A stretch of DNA of 64,000 nt from the human T2T-CHM13v2.0 reference genome, Homo sapiens. Below the pieces are notes generated by a model. The model made no database searches and was not told the DNA's origin. It saw only the letters and a program-made list of their open reading frames with translations. The number at the start of each line of letters is the position of its first letter. The stretch's first letter is position 1. Positions 56,895 to 64,000 of the stretch are shown here, piece after piece. The position numbers were made by a program, and so were the translations under genes. The stretch lies in NCBI RefSeq assembly GCF_009914755.1, contig NC_060930.1. One strand, written 5' to 3'.

Positions 56895-59800
56895 TTTAAG
56901 ATTTTACTTTAAGTTCTGGGATACATGTGCAGAATGTGCAGGTTTGTTACATAGTTATACATGTGCTATGGGGGTTTGCTGCACCTATCAATCTGTCATC
57001 TAGGTTTTAAGCCCCACATGCCTTAGGTATTTGTCCTAATGCTCTCCCTCCCCTTGCCTCCAACCCCCGCAACAGGCCCTGGAGTGTGATGTTCCCCTCC
57101 CTGTATCCATGTGTTCACACTGTTCAACTCCCACTTATGAGTGATAACATGCAGTGTCTAGTTTTCCGTTCTTGTGTTAGTGTCCCTGCAAAGGACATGA
57201 ACTCATTCTTTTTATGGCTGCATAACATTCCATGGTATATATGTGCCACTTTTTTTTATCCAGTCAATCATTGGTGGGCATTTGGGTTGGTTCCAAGTCT
57301 TTGCTATAGTAAACAGTGCTGCAATAAACATACGTGTGCATGTGTCTTTATAGTAGAATGATTTACAATCCTTTGGATACATACCCAGTAATGGGATTGC
57401 TGGGTCAAATGGTATTTCTGGTTCTAGATTCTTGAGGAACTGACACACTGTCTTCCACAATGGTTGAACTAATTTAAAATCCGTCTGACAGTGTAAAAGC
57501 GTTCCTATTTCTCCACATCCTCTCCAGCATCTGTTGTTTCCTGACTTTTTAATGATCGCCGTTCTAACTGGTGTGAGATGGTATCTTACTGTGGTTTTGA
57601 TTTGGATTTCTCTAATGACCAATGATGATGAGCTTTTTTTCATATGTTTGTTGGCCACATAATTGTCTTCTTTTGAGAAGTGTCTGCACATATCATTTGC
57701 CCACTTTTTGATGAGATTGGTTTTTTTCATGTAAATTTAAGTTCTTTGTAGATTCTGGATATTAGCCATTTGTCAAATGCATAGTTTGCAAAAATTTTCT
57801 CCCATTCTGTAGGTTGCCTGTTCACTCTGATGATAGTTTCTTTTGCTGTGCAGAAACTCTTTAGTTTGATTAGATACCACTTGTCAATTTTGACTTTTGT
57901 TGCAATTGCTTTTGGTGTTTTAGTTATGAAGTCTTTGCCCATGCCTATGTCCTGAATGGTACTGCCTAGGTTTTCTTCTAGGGTTTTTATGGTTTTAGGT
58001 CTTACATTTATGTATTTCATCCATCTTGAGTTAATTTTTGTATAAGGTTTAAGGAAGGGGTCGAGTTTCAGTTTTCTGCATATGGCTAGCCAGTTTTCCC
58101 AGCACCATTTATTAAATAGGGAATCCTTTCCCTATTGCTTGTTTTTGTCAGGTTTGTCAAAGATCAGATGGTTGTAGAGGTGTGGTGTTATTTCTGAGGC
58201 CTCTGTTCTGTTCCATTGGTCTATATATCTGTTTTGGTACCAGTACCATGCTGTTTTGGTTACTGTAATCTTGTAGTATAGTTTGAAGTCAGGTAGCATG
58301 ATGCCTCCAGCTTTGTTCTTTTTGCTTAGGATTGTCTTGGCTATATGGGCTCTTTTTTGGTTCCATATGAAATTTAAAGTAGTTTTTTCTAATTCTGCAA
58401 AGAAAGTCAATAGTAGTTTGATGGGAATAGTATTGAATATATAAATTATTTTGGGCAATATGGCCATTCACAATATTGATTCTTCCTCTCCATGAGCATG
58501 GAATTTTTTTCCATTTTTTGTGTGTGTCGTCTATTATTTCCTTGAGCAGTGGTTTGTAGTTCTCCTTGAAGAGGTCATACATGTCCCTTGTAAGTTGTAT
58601 TCCTAGGTATTTTATTCTCTTTGTAGCAATTATGGATGAGAGTTCACTCATGACTCGGCTCTCTGCTTATTTATTATTAGTGTATAGGAATGCTTGTGAT
58701 TTTTGCACATTGATTTTGTATCCTGAGACTTTGCTGTAGTTGCTTATTAGCTTAAGGAGTTTTCGGGCTGAGACAATGGGATTTTCTAAATATACATTCA
58801 TGTCATCTGTAAACAGAAACAATTTGACTTCATGTCTTCCTATTTGAATAGCCTTAATTTCTTTCTCTTGCCTGATTGCTCTTGCCAGAACTTCCAATAC
58901 TATGTTGAATAGGAGTGGTGAGAGAGGGCATCCTTGTCTTGTGCCAGTTTTCAAAGGGAATGCTTCCAGCTTTTGCCCATTCAGTATGATATTGGCTATG
59001 GGTTTCTCATAAATAGCTCTTATTATTTTGAGATGTGTTCCATCAATACCCAGTTTATTGATTGTTTTTAGCATGAAGGGATGTTGAATTATATCGAAGG
59101 CCTTTTCTGCATCTATTGAGATAATCATGTGGTTTTTGTCACTAGTTCTATTTATGTAATGGATTACTTTATTGATTTGCATATGTTGAACCAGCCTTGT
59201 GAAGGAGAAATAAAATCCTTTCCAGAGAAGCAAATGCTGAGGGATTTTGTCACCACCAGGCCTGCCTTACAAGAGCTCCTGAAGGAAGCACTAAATATGG
59301 AAAGGAAAAACCGGTACCAGCCACTGGAAAAACACACCAAAATATAAAGACCAATGATACTATGAAGAAACCGCATCAACTAATGTGCAAAATAACTAGC
59401 TAGCATCATGGTGACAGGATCAAATTCACACATAACACATACATTTAATTGACCTTAAATGTAAATGGGCTAAATGCCCCAAGTAAAAGACACAGACAGG
59501 CAAATTGGATAAAGAGTCAAGACCCATCAGTGTGTTGTATTCAGGAGACCTATCTCATGTGTGAAGACATACATAGGATCAAAATAAAGGGATGGAAGGA
59601 GATTTACCAAGCAAATGGAAAGCAAAAAAAAAAGCAGGGGTTGCAATCCTAGTCTCTGATAAAACAGACTTTAAGCCAACAAAGATAGAAAAAGACAAAA
59701 AAGAGCAATACATAATGGTAAAGGGACCAATGCAACAACAAGAGCTAACTATCCTAAATATATATGCACCCAGTACAGGAACACCCAGATTCATAAAAGA

Positions 59801-61245
59801 AGTTCTTAGAGACCTACAAAGAGACTTAGACTCCCACACAATAATAATGGGAGACTTTAATACACCACTGTCAATATTAGACAGATCAAAAAGAAAATTA
59901 ACAAGGATATCCAGGACTTGACCTCAGCTCTGGACCAAGCGGACCTAATAGACATCTACAGAACTCTCCACCCCAAATCAACAGAATATACATTCTTCTC
60001 AGGACCACATCACACTTATTCTAAAATTGACCACATAATTGGAAGTAAAACCCTCCTCAGCAAATGCAAAAGAACAGAAATCATAACAAACTGTCTCTCA
60101 GACCACAGTGCAATCAAATTAAAACTCAGGAATAAGAAACTCACTCAAAACCAGACAACTACATGGAAATTGAACAACCTGCTCCTCAATGACTACTGGG
60201 TAAATAACGAAATTAAGGCAGAAATAAATAAGTTATTTGAAACCAATGAGAACAAAGAGACAACATACCAGAATCTCTGGGATACAGCTAAAGCAGTGTC
60301 ACGAGGGAAATTTATAGAACTAAATGCCCACATCAGAAAGCAGGAAAGATCTGAAATTGACACCCAAACATCACAATTAAAATAATTAGAGAAGCAAGAG
60401 CAAATAAATTCAAAAGATAGCAGAAGACAAGAAATAACTAAGATCAGAGAAGAACTGACAGAGACAGAGACATGAAAGACTCTTCAAAAAAATCAGTGAA
60501 TCCAGGAGCTGGTTTTTGAAAAGATTAACAAAATAGATAGATCACTAGTTAAACTAATAAAAAAGAAAAGAGAGAAGAATCAAATAGACACAATAAAAAA
60601 TGATAAGGGGGATATCACCACTGATCCCATAGAAATACAAACTATGATCAGAGAATACTATAAACACCTCTATTAGATCAATAAGAAAGAAAATTTACAA
60701 GGATATTCATGACTTGAACTCAGCTCTGGACCAAGTGGACCTAATAGACATCTACAGAACTCTCCAGCCCAAATCAACTGGAAAAAGATTTCAACAAATA
60801 AACTGGAAAATCTAGAAGAAATGGATAAATTCCTGGACATATACACCCTCCCAAGACTAAACAGGAAGAAGTTGAATTCCTGAATAGACCAATAACAAGT
60901 TTTGAAATTGAGGCAGTAATTAATAGCCTACCAACCAAAAAAAGTCCAGGACCAGATGGATTCACAGCCAAATTCTACCTGAGATGAAAAGAGGAGCCGG
61001 TACCATTCCTTCTGAAACTATTCCAAACAATAGAAAAAGAGAGAATCCTCCCTAACTTATTTTGTAAGGCCAGCATCATCCTGATACCAAAACCTGGCAG
61101 AGATGCAACAAAAAAGAAAATTCCAGGCCAATATCCCTGATAGACATCGATAGAAAAATCCTCAATAAAATACTGGCAAACTAAATCCAGCAACACATCA
61201 AAATGCTTATCCACCACAATCAAGTTGGCTTCATCCCTGGGACAC
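56895..61245 (-). mobile_element. L1PA element with 5' inversion (twin priming): 3' part 56895-59198 (-), inverted 5' part 59199-61245 (+)
   Basis: Minus ORFs give RT and C-terminal ORF2 ([21 protein letters not shown]); plus ORFs give the ORF1 end and endonuclease ([27 protein letters not shown]); TSD aaataaagattt (56883-56894 / 61246-61257). Confidence 0.92.
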
Positions 61246-61488
61246 AAATAAAGATTTAATTGGGAAAGACAGAGCCTGGGTTCAAGGGAGAACAAGAATT
61301 ACCCCCAGAAGGTCTATTTCTTGACTTTTTTTTTTTTTGTGAAGGGGCTCCAACTTTTGATTTGTTTTGTTTAGCTCTTCCTTTCTAATGAAAATAAAAT
61401 TTTGCTAATGATTATTGTGGCTGTGCCTTGTTTTCAATGTTAGGGTGACACTTGCTAACTGAATAAGAATTGACCATTTCCTTCTGAG

Positions 61489-61890
61489 ATCACACACTGG
61501 TACATTATACCTGCTATATCCCTTCCTGTCTGTTGGTGGTTTGTCATAGACCCTACTGGTCAACCACTGGTTATGTCCAGCTAAAGTTCTGGAAGGTTTA
61601 TTAGGATGAAGAAATGCAGACACTGGTCAGATTTTTCAAGGAATATGCAACTAAGTGGAGTAAATAAAATTTGGCTTTCTCTCTTAATAAGAAGCATACA
61701 GAGTCTTTTGTCACATGAAGTTTCCAGAGCTGGGAGGATGCATCCATCACAGACTCTTCCAGTGTTACTGAAGAGATATTAACTTCCAAAGCTGGTGAAG
61801 TAAACTGAAGTGTTACAACCACCCAGAGTCTACAGCCCAGTGGGAGACACTTAACAATGACACTTAGCATTTACTGTGTTAGTTAACATT
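61489..61890 (+). pseudogene. Unprocessed CALHM-family pseudogene, coding exon B (TM4 and C-terminal helix); 3' end approximate
   Basis: Branch-like GCTAAC 61454-61459, pyrimidine tract, AG 61487-61488; reading ITHWYIIPAISL/CLLVVCHRPYWSTTGYVQLKFWKVY*DEEMQTLVRFFKEYATKWSK*NLAFSLNKKHTESFVT*SFQSWEDAS; matches CALHM6 SFLQLKFWKIYLEQEQQILKSKATEHATELAKENI...TPSMKEWQQIS. Confidence 0.88.
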
Positions 61891-62727
61891 TAGCAGATCT
61901 TTGTTAAAGTAGTAGCAGATTTTTCTTAAAGTAGTCTCTGGTTACAAAAGTTTTAATATCGTCCTCTTACTTCAAGCATTTGATTTTCCAAATTTCTCCT
62001 TTTGTCTCTCATAAACAGGGAGAAGAGGAAACTTTCCACTTATTCACCATCATTCATTCCAACTGCTAAACAGATCCAGGCTCCTAACAGCTAATAAATG
62101 AAACTGAGAGGTTTGAGAAGACAATAAGTAAGTCTGCAGGACGCTGAGGGAGGTATTTCTGATTCCTAGCAACTGCAAACAGTGAATAGATAACCAAAGG
62201 AGACCTCCTCAGTTAATAGCTTGGGCAATATCTGGTGTAGTCACTTAAGAGCATTGCGCTACGTCTCTGCCCCAAACATTTCCTCCCCTTTTGCTTTGCT
62301 GAGGTGACAAAAAAACCTCTGCTTTAATCAAGGTTTTGGGTTCAGAGTAAAGGCTTTTATAAAATAAAAATATAAAATAATATAAAATAAAAATATTATA
62401 TAACCCTGTAGTTATGCTGTGTAGTTATGCTGTGTAACTTCCTCAAGCCCTTTATCAGAGAAACCCAGCTTTACACAATGGTGATGAAAACACACTTGGA
62501 GCCCAGGGGAGGATGTGTAATCTCTATTGTTTCTATGCGTCACCGCTCAGTTGGTGGAGAGAGACCATTTCATGGGTCTCTGACAGTCTTATTGCCCTGG
62601 TTTTCTTTGATTTTTTTCTTTTCTACCCATCTCCTCTCTTTCTCTCCATGGTACTGGATCCTCTCCATTCATTCTTTGTGTCAAAGGTCAAGGAGACAAA
62701 ACAAAACTTTGACTGGGAATTCTAGAC

Positions 62728-63335
62728 CAGTGCCGTCCATTAGAGTAGCCACTAGACACACATAGCTATCAAACATGTAAAATGTGACTAGTGTGACTGA
62801 ATTTTAAATTCAGTTTAATTTTAATTAATTTAGATTTAAAAATTGAGGCTATTAAACACCACTAAACACAACTTTGTTATTTTGGTAGAACTACATTTCA
62901 CTCCAGCCTTTGAAAATTTACCATGAGTTGAGATGTGCTAAGAATGTCAAATACACATGGGAGTTCAAATAGTTAGTATAAAAAATATATAAAATGTCTC
63001 GTTAATAATTTTTATATTGGCTGGGTATGGGTACCTCATTCCTATAATCCCAATACTTTGGGAGGCCAAGGTGGGAGGATCACTTGAGGCCAGGATTTAA
63101 GACCAGCCTGAGCAACAAAGCAAGACCTCCATCTCTACCAAAAATAGTAATAATTATATTTATTATGATAGATAATAATAACATTTATTATATTACTATG
63201 TTGAAATAAAAATTTTTGGATAATTAAAATAAATGATATATTATTAAAACTAATGTCACCTATTTCTTTTTATTATTTAATATGGCTATAAGAAAATATA
63301 AAATTCTATAGGTGGTTCTCATAATTCTAATATAT
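62728..63335. mobile_element. hAT-Charlie relic (MER3/MER33-like) interrupted by an Alu left monomer (63019-63145, +)
   Basis: GTAGCCACTAGACACACATAGCTA..AAATGTGACTAGTGTGACTGA, TTGAGATGTGCT..AAATACACA, ATTATTAAAACTAATGTCACCT; FLAM-like GGCTGGGTATGG...ACCTCCATCTCTAC. Confidence 0.7.
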
Positions 63336-64000
63336 TCAATGCCAAGAGGCTCCCCTCCTTCCACGGTGAGAAAAACAAGGGATGGGGAACAAGCCTCATC
63401 CTGAAGCCATCATCAGTTCCTATACCCAGCATCACTGAGCATACCAGATTAAGCTGTCTTCAGCAGGGTGGGGAACAAAGACTTTGGGCCAAGGGACTTT
63501 TGATGGTTGGGTTAGGAGAGAAAGAAGAGGAAGGTGTAGACAGGTAGGAGAATACCCCAAGGCCTGGAATATTTTCAGGATAGCTAGTTGGGTGCTAATT
63601 TAAGAGGGAGGGCCTTAGGCATGAATATCTTGGGTTCCTGGGAGGAATGCATATATTATAAATGAGAAAGAGGCAACTGAGCAGAAGATGGAAAAAATCC
63701 TAAAAAGAAGCTTTAGGATAGAGTGTAGGCAAGAATTCTTATGGAGGCATCAGTTTAAAATACATGACATTGTGATACTCCTTCTAATGTCAGATATCTT
63801 CTTCCAGATTCTATTCCTGGTCTTCTGTGGAGCAGGTTTGAAGGTTCTTCCATCGATGCCTCAGCTGTGTGCCAATGACCCTATTTCCTTTATGCCTATT
63901 GCAATGTCCTTTTTAAGAGACAGTTGACTAAGTGGAGAACAAACAATTTCCCTGCAGTGTTCTAAAGTCCAAAAATGTAGAATTTCAGTGGTCATTTATA

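Noticed and set aside
57212-60385. L1 ORF2 fragments as an active or domesticated gene
   Set aside because: Many stops and frameshifts, 5' truncation and inversion
63688-64000. Possible TRAPPC3L terminal exon at the window end
   Set aside because: The gene is expected just downstream on the minus strand, but I see no BET3-like coding sequence within the window

Overview
Human (or very close primate) genomic DNA, recognisable as the 6q22.1 DSE-CALHM6 interval. It holds the last three coding exons and 3' UTR of DSE (+), processed pseudogenes of CBX3 and KRT18 (both -), the complete CALHM6/FAM26F gene (+) with its CpG island and interferon-type motifs, and many Alu, L1, L2, LTR and DNA-transposon relics. 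The main result of manual reading is a decayed two-exon CALHM-family gene that the ORF track does not show: exon A at about 53772-54299 ends in ...ESQ|GTAAGT, and exon B at about 61489-61890 contains QLKFWKVY. A 5'-inverted L1 lies in its intron and an ISRE-like/TATA module lies upstream. It is a candidate extra CALHM paralog that has been lost in this lineage. Other notable items are a CALHM6 exon-1 ATG that opens a 224-codon overlapping frame or a 143-aa exon-skipped isoform, a GAS site on the exon-1 donor, and a ~260-bp, ~90%-identical inverted repeat about 5 kb upstream of CALHM6. Repeat family names and comparisons to proteins outside the window are from memory, not from searches.
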